From NCBI RefSeq assembly GCF_000150275.1, contig NW_002060944.1, forward strand, positions 1,945,815 to 2,009,814: a DNA stretch of 64,000 nucleotides. Direction: 5' to 3'. This DNA is from Trichoplax adhaerens (lineage: Eukaryota; Animalia; Placozoa). The position numbers were made by a program, and so were the translations under genes. The notes under the pieces are model-generated. The model made no database searches. It was not told the DNA's origin and worked only from the letters and a program-made list of their open reading frames with translations. This document shows positions 1 to 13,051 of this stretch, piece after piece (position 1 is the first letter of the stretch; the number at the start of each line of letters is the position of its first letter).

Positions 1-681
1 TCTGATCTCTACAGTTAGTGCAGAACTCCAGCGAACCTTTCATAATTCGCAACTTTTTTACCTTCGTCTGTGCGGAGTTACACAAAACTTAAGCCCTATA
101 ATTAATTGTCTTATTCCCTAGATCTAAATTTATATTTGAAACCCGTAGAGAATTTACTGTAATAGGATGTTACCTATGACTGTGTGAACTTACAGGATGC
201 ATGTTATTAATTCCTTGATGTCCTTCGGACATACCTCGAATGCTGTTTTCACAACCATAACAGTAATGAAAAATCTATGTCTATGTGACTAGTTTGACTT
301 TTGGGTTTTGTGAGTCCAATTTGTATGTAGGAGGCTAACTAGTGATACGGAAAAAGTGTATTTTGGCAGCAAAAAATTTTAAAGAGATATTTTGCCACAA
401 GTTTACTGTAATAACTCTATTCCCGTGTCTGTTCTATTAGTCAATACCGATTTTAATTCGCAGTCAATGGTTTTGCATATTACTGTATATAGTATGTACA
501 GTACAGTACACGACTATTGCTACGGCAGTGTACTGCACAGTGCACAGTACTGTACGACTACGTGCAAAGAGTTTTAATTTAATTTAATTAATTAATTAAT
601 CTTAATAAAAGATTATTTTTCTTTCAAGTACAGTACTGTACTGTACACACAGTAATGGACTACTAAATAAATTAATTATAT

Positions 682-735
682 ACTAGTCCAAACTCCCATC
701 ACTTTGCTGACGGTTTACGATAATGTACCCATTTA
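682..735 (-). mobile_element. Helitron-like 3' terminus (hairpin + CTAG), copy A
   Basis: Minus strand reads CCGTCAGCAAAGTGATGG-gagtttgga-CTAG|T, i.e. a GC-rich subterminal hairpin, about 9 nt, then CTAG followed by T. A closely similar copy lies at 46370-46423. Confidence 0.6.
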
Positions 736-740
736 TTAAT

Positions 741-1283
741 AATTAACAGATAGTATTACCATTCGACATTATATATATCCCGGTAATAGCCGGGCACTAC
801 TATATTTAAAACAGATAGATTTAATGTACGTACTGATCGTGCATTTCCACGTTGCGCACTTCGCTTTCGCCTATCAGATCGCTGACTAACTGACATTATC
901 CTCTTAGAAACACTTTTTGTTATATGATATATAGCAATCAAAAATAACCCGGTACAGGGGAACTACAGTAGGGTAACACTTCGAAATGCATGAGAGCAAT
1001 AGAACTAATAGTACCTACTAATGTGTATCAATCACTTATACAGTACCTTCTCAATAATATTTACATAAACCCTAGAGATCATTCATTTCTATACCAATTC
1101 AAATTTCCTTAAGTAACTTTCGTATTAGTATGTTTACCGAATAAGGATGGTTACTATATACAGTATTAATGCTATGTTAAGGTTGGTAAGCGAAACTGTC
1201 AAATATACGTTTATGCTCAATTTGTTAATAAAAAAATTAACAGATAGTATTATCATTCGATATTATATATATCCCGGCAATAG
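741..1283. repeat. Dispersed 49-bp direct repeat (741-789 and 1235-1283)
   Basis: AATTAACAGATAGTATTAYCATTCGAYATTATATATATCCCGGYAATAG occurs twice with 3 C/T differences. The first copy is adjacent to the Helitron-like end. Confidence 0.8.
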
Positions 1284-1844
1284 TAATGTACTATGCTATA
1301 TTAAGATTAGTTAATAATCCAAAGCGCATTATGATAACTAATGTACGGTGATGGACATACTGTACCAAGTTAAGATTAGCAGGTACTGTAAGATATCTAC
1401 AGTACAGTGCGGTACAATGTCCTTAGTACTGTGGTCAATTCTATACCAATCATTATAATGTGTCTAAGGATCGCTTGAGTATGCAAACAAAGCTTGCTCT
1501 GTCGATAACAACCGTTATAAGAAAACGTAACAATGAAAATGGCTGTGTAGAAAACTCTATAAAAATTCTATGTTTATTCAATTTTCATCAGAGTATTACA
1601 TGAAATCAAAATTTAAAGGCTCAGTGGCCACCCTTAGCGATATAACGAATACTATTTCAAAAATCAGTACTCTGCAGAAATTTCTGCCTTAGAGCTATTC
1701 GTTTTACATGAAGAAATCTTAAGGTAAAAAGTACTGTAAGAATCTTATACTGACTTATTGAAATGAACCCATAATCAGAGTCATCTAACAGTATTATAAA
1801 AAACCCCCCCGCGCTCCTCGTTTTAAAGAAGGGTGGGTTGGATT

Positions 1845-2225
1845 ATACAGTACAACATACGGTACTGTACAGTACTGTGAATGAGGAAATATACTGTACT
1901 GTACGGTACAGGACAATACCAGGGACTTCTAATAAGACGACAACGTACAGTACAGTATTAGTTTTAGAAGTCCTGACAATACCCAGTACAGTACAGTACT
2001 TGTACATGTGTACTGTACAGAATAACCAAACCATCGACAGGGGTACGGTACAGTAATCAGTTAGTAATGAATCATGATTGCTAAATATTAAGAGAGAGAT
2101 AAATACGCAGTACAGTATGCGATTTTCCTATCGCATACTGTACTGCGTATTTACTGTACTGTACAGTACAGTACAGTACATGAAAGCAAGATTGAAAATT
2201 TTAATAATTTTAAATACTGTACTGT
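1845..2225. repeat. ACAGT/ACTGT pentamer array upstream of the PLXDC-like gene
   Basis: Dense CAGTA/TACTG runs in both orientations. Confidence 0.85.
2100..2153. repeat. Perfect 24-bp inverted repeat with 6-nt loop
   Basis: TAAATACGCAGTACAGTATGCGAT-tttcct-ATCGCATACTGTACTGCGTATTTA. Confidence 0.95.
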
Positions 2226-2923
2226 ATGTACGTCAAGTTTAACGATTGAGGGGTCTACTATTAATAATAATAATAAGGGAAAATTATTATAATAATAATA
2301 TTATAATAATACTACTACGCCGATATCAAGAAAGACACTTTAGATGGTTACCGTAAACTCTCTATGAGTTTCAATGTTCACGGAATATTAATTATTGAAA
2401 GTCTGGAAAAATCATCAGTGAGTGTTTCTTTAAGAGATATGTACCTCTTCAAGCCTGTGGCTTTTTACTGTTCTGTATTTATACAATCATTTAATTTTCT
2501 ATCATTAATTAATTATTTGTCAGATCTTTGTAAATCAAATCTCGAAGATCAAGCTGCTGTCGCCTACTTGATCTTTTAAGCTGTTCATAATTATTAGTTG
2601 GCAGTACAAAATTGTGTAAGATTCGTATTGAGCAATGTCGACGTAATTTATGCTAAAGATTTAAACAGTAAATACAATTAAACCATACTAATCGTCGACT
2701 ATCCTTTTAAATCCATTTATATACATATTTTAAATCGTAATTATTGTTTCGCGTAGTTGTGAAATTCAAATTCAAATACGCATGCAAATTTTCATTCTTT
2801 GACCTGGTAAATGAACTTTCCGCCCTCTAAAGACTGCGAATCAGTACGAATACGGAATACTCGGAATTTAGTGCAGGTATAAGTCCAACTTCATTACCAG
2901 ATTCTGTTACGTTGAGTAGTAAC

Positions 2924-5747
2924 ATGTGCAGGATTATCTCATTAATCACCAGGGTAGCGATTGTCACTGCTATCCTAAATATTGCCTCGCAGTTTATAGA
3001 AGGTAAACGTTCTGACTGGTATGAGGACTCGAAGAATAGTAACTCAGATGATGAAAATATCAGGTTTCTAAAGCTAAACTTATTCAGTTCTAATTCAAAA
3101 CGAAGCCTACGCGGTGACTCGTTGCCCCGGAATAATACCATTATAGATTATCATAATTACTATTCTACAGCAAAAATTTCTAACAGTAGTGCTCACTGGA
3201 TGGAAGTTGATTCACAAAACAAGTCACAAGTATATGAAGTTCTAAAGGATCAACATAGCAGTGCACAATTAATTCATACTAGCTTTCATTTTCCTTACTA
3301 TGGCCACTACATCGATAGTTTTTGGGTCGCTACCGGTGGTTTCTTATATGTTGGATCAATTTTTCATAGAAGTATTACATCGCTGCAATATATAGCACCG
3401 CTGATGGCAAATTTTAACGTGGACTCTGAAAAAGGTTCATCGGTGAAAGTATTTGATAATGGAAAATCAATAGCTATCACATGGGATAATGTAACACTTT
3501 TTGATTCACCTGAATCAGGTCGATTCAAATTTCAGTGTATTATCAATATCGATGGCAAAATTATGTTTGTATACAAAACTATTCCATTGCCACCAGTAAA
3601 TATCAGTAATTCTAGCCACGCAGTAAAAGTTGGCATATCAGACGCATTGTACATTTGGCACCATGGGCTTGGTATTGTGAATATATATGAATATCATCGG
3701 ATTTTAATTGACCTTCGTTTTCTAAAAAGTGATTCTCAGATCTTGCTTTCGCCATTGCCGACATGTCTAACTGCGTCAAACTGTCAAAGCTGTTTCGATC
3801 CAGCTATTAAATTTAATTGTAGATGGTGCGTTGCTCTACAGAGGCAAGTATTAAAAACTTTGTTGAAAGTAACTTGATATTATTCTGTAAAGATATGATT
3901 TACAGTGACGTAATACGTAAAAGAAATTAAAAGCTGCATTGTTGTGAGTCTTTTGCTGTTCACTTTACTGTTAAATGCAATTCTCTAAGCCATGGAATCT
4001 CAATTAGTGCACTGTATTGTGTTAAGCGTTATTGCTAAACTATTACAATACTATATACAACGATTGTAGATGCTCTGATGGAATTGATCGACATCGCCAA
4101 CTTTGGCTAACTAAAGGTTGTCAAAATGAAAGCCTTGGTAGTATTAGTGAATGCCAAAAATCATCTACAACAATTTCATCTCCTACTACTTCCAATTTTT
4201 CTGATTTAACTACCGCATCTACATCGCACTATAGTAAGCTCCTGCAATCTCAGTTATACTAATCTGTATTTAATTCTCTTTATGCAAACAATTATGGTTG
4301 TTGGTACATTTCTAGATTGAAACTTATTTTAATAATTATATATTGTGTTATTTTTCTTGTACTTGCTAATTTAATTTGGATCGTGTTCGTATTCAAGATG
4401 ATCAACAGACTATGCTTTCAACAACTGGTTCAAGCGACGATGAATCTTCCATGGCCTCTACTACACAAAACGACATTAACTTTTCTACGACAGGTTCAAA
4501 GGCAACTGATATATCTTATCATTCTGTGTACTTGCCAGGTTGGTTATTATGAGTAGCGCGGACACATGAATCCAATTTCTTAATCTAATAGTTCGTCATT
4601 GTTTGTGTAAGTAGTTACTTTGTTGTTTACCATGCATCCGTTCATAGGATTATTGTCTATATATTGAATTTAGGTAACTTAAATATTACTGTTTTTCGTT
4701 ACAAAAATGTCGCTAATGTTACATGGTCATTGAGTAAATCCGTAAAGTATGATATTATGAAAATAAAGATCAAGTATCGTTCACTCAACTTAGTAAGCAA
4801 TTGGAAAACCCGTAAATCTAATGCAAGTGCTAGATCTGGATATATAATTATTAATGGCCTTAATGAGCACACACAATATGCGTATCAGATGACAGTCACG
4901 GTAGATGATAGTCTATTTGCACGGGGAGTGATTTCCCAAGAAGTTTGTAGAAATCTATGGAGATGGTATAATGGCAGATGCTACGGTTACCAAGAAAGCC
5001 AGAAAGTAACATGGGAAGAAGCGAGAAAGCTCTGTCGAAATTTTAATGGAGACTTAGCTACCATTCATAATGACGATGAAATGCAAGCTATAGAAAGTCT
5101 TCCTATAAGGACATATGCGTGGATTGGCAAGTATACGAATCATTGCTCTATCTAGCAGTGCTGTATCGACAGAAATAATGTTGCAGCACCTTTCAAGTTC
5201 AGTAAGATCATGTAATTTATAATTTTGATAAATTATAGGTCTCAGACGTTATCAACATAATTTCAAATGGCCTAATGGAGTTAGTTATAACTACAGTTTC
5301 TGGGAAGTTGGACAACCCGCATCTAAAGGCAGAAATTGCGTTGCTTTAAGTCCTGTAAATCAAATTAATGAATATCGTTGGATTACTCAGCTATGCAGTT
5401 ATTCTTATTCTTACATTTGCGAAGTTCCAGGTGCTTCAATTATTGGTTTCCTTTATATTTGCATAAGGCATGTGAAATAGAGGTAAAATTAACTTAATAT
5501 TCTATTTTTAGAGACTCCTTTGGATTTGAATGATTCTTCACATTCTGATCTGGGTGCTGTTATAGCTGTGACGATAGTGTGCATTATCGCTTTTGGTGGA
5601 TTCTTTGCATGGTTTATTTACGCTAGAAAAAATTCAAGAACAGCGTGTTTACGGTATCGTACCAGAAGTCTTCTAACATTCAACACGCAAACCGATTTTA
5701 AAAGCAGTACCATCAAGATATCGCGCTTGAAAGAAGAAATTGCGTGA
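2924..5747 (+). CDS. Plexin-domain-containing (PLXDC/TEM7-like) type I membrane protein with added FN3-like and C-type lectin domains
   Basis: Exons 2924-3843, 4070-4233, 4398-4538, 4674-5126, 5239-5430 and 5512-5747 join in frame. Domains: signal peptide; NIDO-like (FHFPYYGH..ATGGFLY..QYIAPLMANF, VKVGISDA, IYEYHRI); PSI (PTCL..C..C..FNCRWC..LQRCSDGIDRHRQLW..GC); S/T-rich stalk; FN3-like (IINGLNEHTQY); CTLD (WEEARKLC..LATI..WIGL..FWEVGQP..NCV..YICE); one TM; short tail. Confidence 0.85.
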
Positions 5748-7934
5748 TGAAACATAAAGTAAACGTTTCTATGATCTAGCTGCCGAAATTTTAATATTCT
5801 AAGATATTTCTTTTAAGTTAAAAGAAAATAGTACAATGCAATTTTGATTTCTTAATAATTAATCAGTCTTGATTACAGTTTTCTATATCGGTACATCAGA
5901 GTCATCATAATTACTCATTGAATTCGTACACGGGCTGCTCTGCTATTATTTTTTTTCGAATAAGTTTAATTAGCCTTTTACAATATACTTAAAATGCTAA
6001 CAATGAGACGTGAGAGAAAAGTTTAATTTTTGATTTACTGCAGGCTAATAATTATGAATACGATTGACTTTTAAAATACAGCTCTGTCCGCAACTCTCAG
6101 CATTACTGAATTTCTTAGTTGCAGTTATGGAGTTAATTGTTAATTTAACACTAAAGCGATATTAAAAATCTACACGAAATGAGTAGAATTTAGGCACTAA
6201 ATTTACAGCCAAGTTTGTAGTAAGCTTTGCTATAAATTTCATATCGAAGTATATTTTCCACACCATTAGAATTCTAAGGAAAACTAGTCTAATTTATAAT
6301 TTTACCTTTGTATTCTAACACAGGTTAGATTTCACATTCGTATCTTGAATACATTTAGTACCGATTTATTTATTACTAAAAGTGCTTATTCGTATGATAA
6401 TAATGAAATTTCGGTATTAATACTAAGTTGTTCACTACACAGTATAGTGGCCAACCATGTGCAATTGTATTGTACATTTTCCTTGTATTTGAGATTTACC
6501 AGACCATTGCTAGCAGAAAATAATTAATATTGTTGTACGGTATATTCGTTGTGGATAGCTTGGCTCTAATCCGTTTAAGAATATATTTACATGCGTATAC
6601 TTGTCTAACAGAATAACGCTTAAATAAATCAATATGTATAGCTTTTAATACTGAATATGTAAGTACGAACAATCGTTGGCATACTTTATTCTCCATCTAT
6701 CTGAGCTAGTTATGCAAATCTACATTTCGTATCGGGTGATTTGATGGTATTCCGTAGGTACTATATTCACATGAAATTAATTTTGATGATAAAATTAAAG
6801 CCTTCAGATGTGAGAGGAACAATGATACATATACGGTACATCCGTTTGTAGAGATTCATCAGTACTTAATTTACACAAATAATAAAATTAAATTAAACGT
6901 TAAATATCATTTCTACGCTTATATCTATACCATATATTAAAATTTGGCTGTCTAAATTTTATACGTTAGTTATATATAATGTACACGTATGATGCATATA
7001 TATAACAATTATCAGGCTATATGTGATGGTGAGGTTCGATAAGTCCGCAGAAGTTAAGTTAATTGCCATTCAGTGATTGATATAAATATTATTAGTAGAA
7101 AATGAATTCTTTATCGTAGATCGTAAATACCCGTCCACTCATTCACATGAAAGAGCAATCGGCTATACAGTATACAAGCGTACGTCCTCATCAGGATGTT
7201 TTAAACTCTCTGATAATTATACAAGTAATATGCTATCTGATCGGTATTCCCGCAGTGATCAAACGCAGGATAGATTCTGTCTATCTATACTATATTTCAG
7301 CGTAGTGCTATACAAGATCAGTCTAATTAAAGATACGGTGCGGTATACCACATCCTTCGGCCTCCAGAGCGTTAGTTTCTCGACTAACACAATATTTTAT
7401 GTAAATTTTTGAGTATTATGATAATTCGATATTTTTGTTAATTAGAATAGCTAGTAATACCATTTAGCATTACTCCTGTAATATTTGGTGACTTTTAATG
7501 CAGCCTCAAGTAACCGTTGCAGAGTGAGAGATTCTCGTTTTATATTCCCTACCATTATAAGTCAACCTACTCTTTCTACCAGTAACGGCGTTATTTGCCC
7601 AGGCCTAGTACTGTACAATGCCTAGACTGGACAGACTTTTCATACTAGTTGAGGCTGAAAATGTCGAAAAATACTTACTAAGTATGGATCTTCCGTATCT
7701 GTTTTGTAAATCATTCGTGTTAATTTAATTCGAATAAAATTTACGATCTAAAGCAGGGACTACTCGAAAGGAGAGAGGAACCAGGGCATAGCCGAGAGCT
7801 GCAAAAAATGTGAAGGTCGACATTTCTTTGCAGCCATTTTACAATACGCCACTACTGTAACGATGCGCCGTCCTGCGCAAAGCCAACCTACAGTACAGTA
7901 GTCGTGTTCACTATGTGCTATTACCGATTGTCTT

Positions 7935-8165
7935 AATACTGTACAGTACAGTACAGTACAGTATAGCATTCTTCCAGTGGTCCAAAGTACAGTACAGTAC
8001 TTTACAGCATAGTACGGTACAATACGTACTGTACAGTGTTTACACTACTGTACACAGGACAGTGCTGTACTGTACTGTACAGGACAGTGCTGTACTGTAC
8101 TGTACAGTACAGTACAATAGTGTGTTGTACCGTGCTTTACAGTACTGTACTGTACAGTACACTTT
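7935..8165. repeat. ACAGT/ACTGT pentamer array
   Basis: Dense pentamer runs about 1.4 kb upstream of the C1orf21-like ATG. Confidence 0.85.
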
Positions 8166-9576
8166 ACATGATCTTTGATAGGTTACTAAGCAACCTTTTG
8201 ATTATTATTTTACGTACCTCACTGTAATATGGTCCCAATGTTCGATTCATCATACGACTGCTGTGAGCGAATTACGAGATTCCCTACCAGTGTGAGGTTC
8301 CTGCATTCGTAAAACTTTAAGATTTAATTATAGAACAAGATTACTGTACTTTACAGTTATATTAATACGAAATTGTTTAATCAATCAATAAAGTACATTT
8401 TACCACATCTAGTCGCAAGTTCATAACACAGTAGACTGGATTGTTGCAAAACTGGCTTATTGCACTCCTCGATGGATCATTAACGTAGATTGGTAACGGC
8501 TATTCTATTTATCTACGGCAAATTCGATTTAAAACTTTAAATTCTTTATCTCCTAACTGCTATTGGGATATTTTATACGTACTAGAGTTCTCAGTATTCC
8601 TTCTGTCCGATTCACGAACTAAGAAATACACTAATGTACGTAGTATTTGCTCTTCATTGCAGCCTTCAACTACAAGTGAGAAAGATTCGGTTACTGCATC
8701 ATCGTATTATTTTTCTGTTTGTTACTGTAGAAGTCCTAGGCACCGGAAACCCTTCGAGTTACTGTGACAGACTATCATTCTTACTGTATTTAGTTCCATA
8801 ACACAAATAATCGATTCTTAAATTGAACATGTATTGCTAAAATGTCATCCGAAAGCTTGTTGACTAATGGTTATGGTTAGTATATGCTACCTTATAACTA
8901 CGTAAAGTTAAGTTTTATTTATTTTGATCATCGTACAACTATGAAGATATACCGTTAAATACTTTTAATTGCCTTTGAGAAAATGATAGCGAAATTACAG
9001 ACGTCGTATGCAGATAAAACCTAATCTTAATTTTAAAACTGCATCAATCTTAGATAGGTGGGTTCCTAAAGTGGCATTTAATTTACGAAAATAAGAGGTA
9101 CTGATGCTATTTAAAATGTTAAACGTTTACTATATAAATTAGTGTCATTAGCGTTATATAAGAATTCTATTCTTGATCTCTCATTAGTGCAAGTATCCTT
9201 TTCGTACAAACTAAACCTTATTACAGGAGTTGCAGAAAGTATTTACAGTCGCTTTAAGCTATAAGATTGAATCAATAATATGCAAAGTACTATCACACGA
9301 ATTCTCCCATTATTCTACTTAAATAGTAACTTAATATCATACTGCTTTGAACGGTCGTTAGTTATCAAATTAAATTACAATTTCATTATTTACAATGCAT
9401 ATTTTCTTACAAGACAACGATATTATTGAAAGCTATGTCTCGCTATTACTCTAAAGTAATGCATCGGTTGTCACGTTAATTAAATGATTGTTTTTGTTAA
9501 ACTGCTTGTTTCACATGTAAATAGGTCAATTCTCTGTCTTCTTATTTTAGTTCAATACTTTCTCGTGCCTCATAAA

Positions 9577-10777
9577 ATGGGATGTGGTTATAGCAATCAC
9601 GGAGATCAGATATTTATTGACCAAACGAAAGATAAGGGGCAGGAAATTAAAGTGTCTTCAACACTAGGTATACCTCCATACAGCTAGTTTATCTATTATA
9701 TTAGGTTAAATATGTTAAAAGAAATGTTAATCAATTTTTGCAATGGCTTTGATTGGTAACTGGTAGCCTTTCTGTATCATATAAACATTTTACGTTTGGC
9801 CTCATTATTATTGCAGAGAATATTGATGAGCATGCAGATGAAGACAGCAGTATAAGCGATGGCAATAAAAATTTAGTCGCCGCTAGTGAGAATTCTAATA
9901 AAATTACTACCGTTACGATCAATAAAGAATCTTTTAGCGGACCAATTTCTTATAAAGAGCTGATAGAAAATGTTCAAGAAAATGTAATTAAATCCTTCAG
10001 CATTCCCTGTTTTTATTACTATTATCATTTATTCAATGTTTACAGTATTAAAATCTAACATAGAACTTCAATCTCTCATCTTTTTAGAAAGAAGAGTGCA
10101 TCCAGTTAGTGATGATAGGAATATTTAACAGCATAACTCACTTCAGTTGTAGCGTTCGTGTTGCTTCAATTCTTTTTAAATCCTGAATATTTGGAATCGC
10201 CTGTTGACAATTTTGTAATTAATTAATTACATATAGACCTGTTAAATCGAAAACGTTTATGGGCTTACCAACTAAAAATACAGAGTAAGTTACTGATTTA
10301 AAGTATATGAAATAGTATGGAATACAATTTTTTTATATAACTTTCAGTTAATAACACAATATTGTTCTATTTAAAAACTGATTAAGTACTTCACCAAAAA
10401 TGGATCATGCTTTTGGCTTTTCAATTTTTTTGTCGTCATTAGCATTTTATCCGCCACTGGAAGTTTAGATAGTACCTTATATTATAGAACTGGATATAAA
10501 TAAAATATGTTATTGTTATATCGATCTTACAGCACAATATCGCGATCCCAAGCGGACTTCTTTGAAATGTTGGATAGGAAAATAAATGACGTAAGTGACT
10601 CGACTGTTAATATTTATTACAGTGACAGAAAAGTAGCCGTACAGTATTATAACTGTAATATGTAGTAAACAATTAACAATGAACCAAACTCCGGCACGAT
10701 AGGTAATATTTCTAATAAAAGTTTACTTACATGTTATTTAGGGACCTGAAATTTCTGACTATGAATTAGAATCCTAG
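9577..10777 (+). CDS. C1orf21: C1orf21-like (DUF4612) small lipid-anchored protein
   Basis: Exons 9577-9667, 9817-9983, 10088-10104 (17-nt micro-exon), 10533-10590 and 10742-10777. N-terminal MGCGYS (myristoylation/palmitoylation-type). C-terminal ISRSQADFFEMLDRKINDG matches the recalled human ISESQQEFFRMLDEKIEKG. Confidence 0.75.
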
Positions 10778-13051
10778 AAAGAGCTATTTAGTTGTCAGAC
10801 GATATTTTTGTTGTAACATTATATCGCTTTAAGCTTATGCAATACGCTGTCATAGAACTTAAATTATCTGTATTGCATAATTATATACAGTATGAACAGT
10901 ACTTGCATTAAACATAGTTAAAAGTTTCATAGATGTCAACTTTTTTCCTATTTTGCAATGCATTAATTAAGTTACTTGGTAATACTGTACATCAAAGATA
11001 CTGCCTAATCGTGGCCATATTCTTATTCTATACGCTTGCGGCTAAATTTAATGTAAAATAAAAAATAAATTAGCGACCATACTCTACTACTAAATTCATA
11101 TAACTTAGTACTGAAGGAAATGATAAACTGACAGAGTAAGAATTAGGAAATAACCATATATTAAAGATTGACTTAGGAATTGTGAGCTTGAAATAATTGT
11201 ATAATACTTAGAGTTTCACAAGTAAGAGAGTTTTATACTGTGTGTAATATGCAAACTATGATAAAATATTAAAGAGTAGGGTGTTAGCAAGCCCTGTAGT
11301 GCAGTACAATTTTACAGGATGAATGTATGATTTATAGTAACTATAGCCTTATTCAAATTATGTAGCTTACGTGCTAATATATCCGTACAAATGCGGTATT
11401 TTTTCTTAATTTTTAGCCTTGATGTCTAAGTTGTTAAAGTGACTATGATACTGCCTTTACCTGCGCTTCTATTTTTGATATTATCCCCTAAAAGAAGTTA
11501 ACATGCAAACTTTGAACATCGATGCTTCATACAGTTGGTAAAGTTTGTAAATTTAAATGCAAGATTCGTATATCTATTTCTGAGCCATCTCAATGTTTGG
11601 TTTGCGTGATCTATACAGGAATGATGGTGCTGCACTATTTGATTGATTGTATTCAAGTTATTTATGTGACCGTACGATGATATTATTACAGTTCCATAAA
11701 AATGTAATATTTGAGTATGATAATAAATGATTCAGTTTTGAATATAAATATTTAATGATCTTTAGGATGCTGTAGAATTAAGACTGAACAGTAACGCCTT
11801 CAGGCTGCTATAAATATATATCATTCCTAGTAAATACGTCTATAGCATTTTAGATAATTCGATACTATGTACTTGCATTGTACTCATGTGCAATATTTAT
11901 TAAGAAATATAACAATATTTGGTTGCATTGGCTTAGAATTCTGCATTAGCCAGGTCTTTTATGAAACTATGCGTATACTGCCTCAAATTGTAAGTCCAAG
12001 TGAGGGATCAGGTTTCGGCACGATAACAATGTTGATGTTCAATAGTTGTATTGTATAATATACGTGTTACGTTACATAGGCCTTAAAATCTCGATTTTAC
12101 ACTACTTGTGAGTAGTACATGGAAATTTAATAACGTTACTGTATCAATAAGAAATCTTCTATATTATCATGTAGCTGGATATATTGTTTAATAAATATAT
12201 GGTGTTTACCAGTGCACAGTAGTTTCACAGCGCTGTATAAAGCTGGCATATATCATTATGGTCTTTGGTATAAATGATTAGGTTCAGATATATAAGTAAA
12301 ATACTCGCCTGAAAAAGTTGGATACAATTATAGCTTAGCATGTTTCAATTTTTGTCTAAGTTTTCATTGAATCCTTACAATATTGCAACAATGAACTCCT
12401 AAAGAAGCCCTTTCAAGTATCGTACCGAATATTAATAGCTACCGTAATGTTTGCGTAGCTTAATTAAACAAACTTATAAATCATATTTAAGTGGTACCAT
12501 AAAATGACCGGCGAATAACTATACCCAACAGCGTAGCAACTCGTTATAAAATACAGACAAGGCTCATAATAATCTAAATGGCTTCCCGTATCACATTTTG
12601 CCGTTCCCTTAAGATCAGTATGAGTCGATTTGATAGTATTTTAATTTAGTATTATCTTAAATTTTTATGGTTACATTAATCATAGCATTTATAAATTTCA
12701 TTGTAACTTTGTAACAGTTTAAGATTTTAGTAAAATATTCCGCGATGTGCTCGTTGATATACTTAGTACTCAATTATTTTAGTTCAATATCGGAACCTGG
12801 CTAAAACTAATTACAGTGAGTACCAACAACTTCGTCATAAATGATATAGAATCAAACGCTAAAGGGGAGGCAAGCAAACTTTCATATTGAAGTATATGGA
12901 TAAAATCACGATTGCACAGAAAGCTGTAGTACTAATGAAAAATACACAAGTACTAATTAATTTAATACGATGTGGTACAGCATCTATAATTTTGATTAAT
13001 ATTTTACATTGATATGTTATTATGGAATACCAGGCATTTCATGTACTTTTG

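Noticed and set aside
1-330. Splice-like signals on the minus strand at the window start
   Set aside because: I could not build an open, recognisable reading frame; these may be UTR exons of a gene outside the window.
1838-2056. ORFs rich in YCTVLYSTVQ (also 392, 7760-8227, 21081, 21955, 31146-31957, 46011-46754, 47127, 59398, 63766)
   Set aside because: These are translations of the ACAGT/ACTGT pentamer, which lacks stop codons; they are not a protein family.
2827-3141. Antisense or alternative-frame ORFs over real exons (also 9731, 13022, 27030-27501, 30591-30931, 35244, 37951, 38797)
   Set aside because: Shadow ORFs of the coding strand with no recognisable motifs.
7180-7690. Hammerhead-like fragments (minus-strand CTGATGAGGAC near 7185-7195; CTAGTTGA-GGC..GTC-GAAA near 7645-7670)
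   Set aside because: The first lacks the closing stem II and GAAA, and the second lacks the CUGANGA core.
8230-8260. GTTCGATTC, similar to a tRNA T-loop
   Set aside because: No D-arm, anticodon arm or acceptor stem.
9193-9226. GTATCCTTTT U12-type donor on the plus strand
   Set aside because: No supportable flanking exon, and the nearest acceptor is only about 35 nt away.
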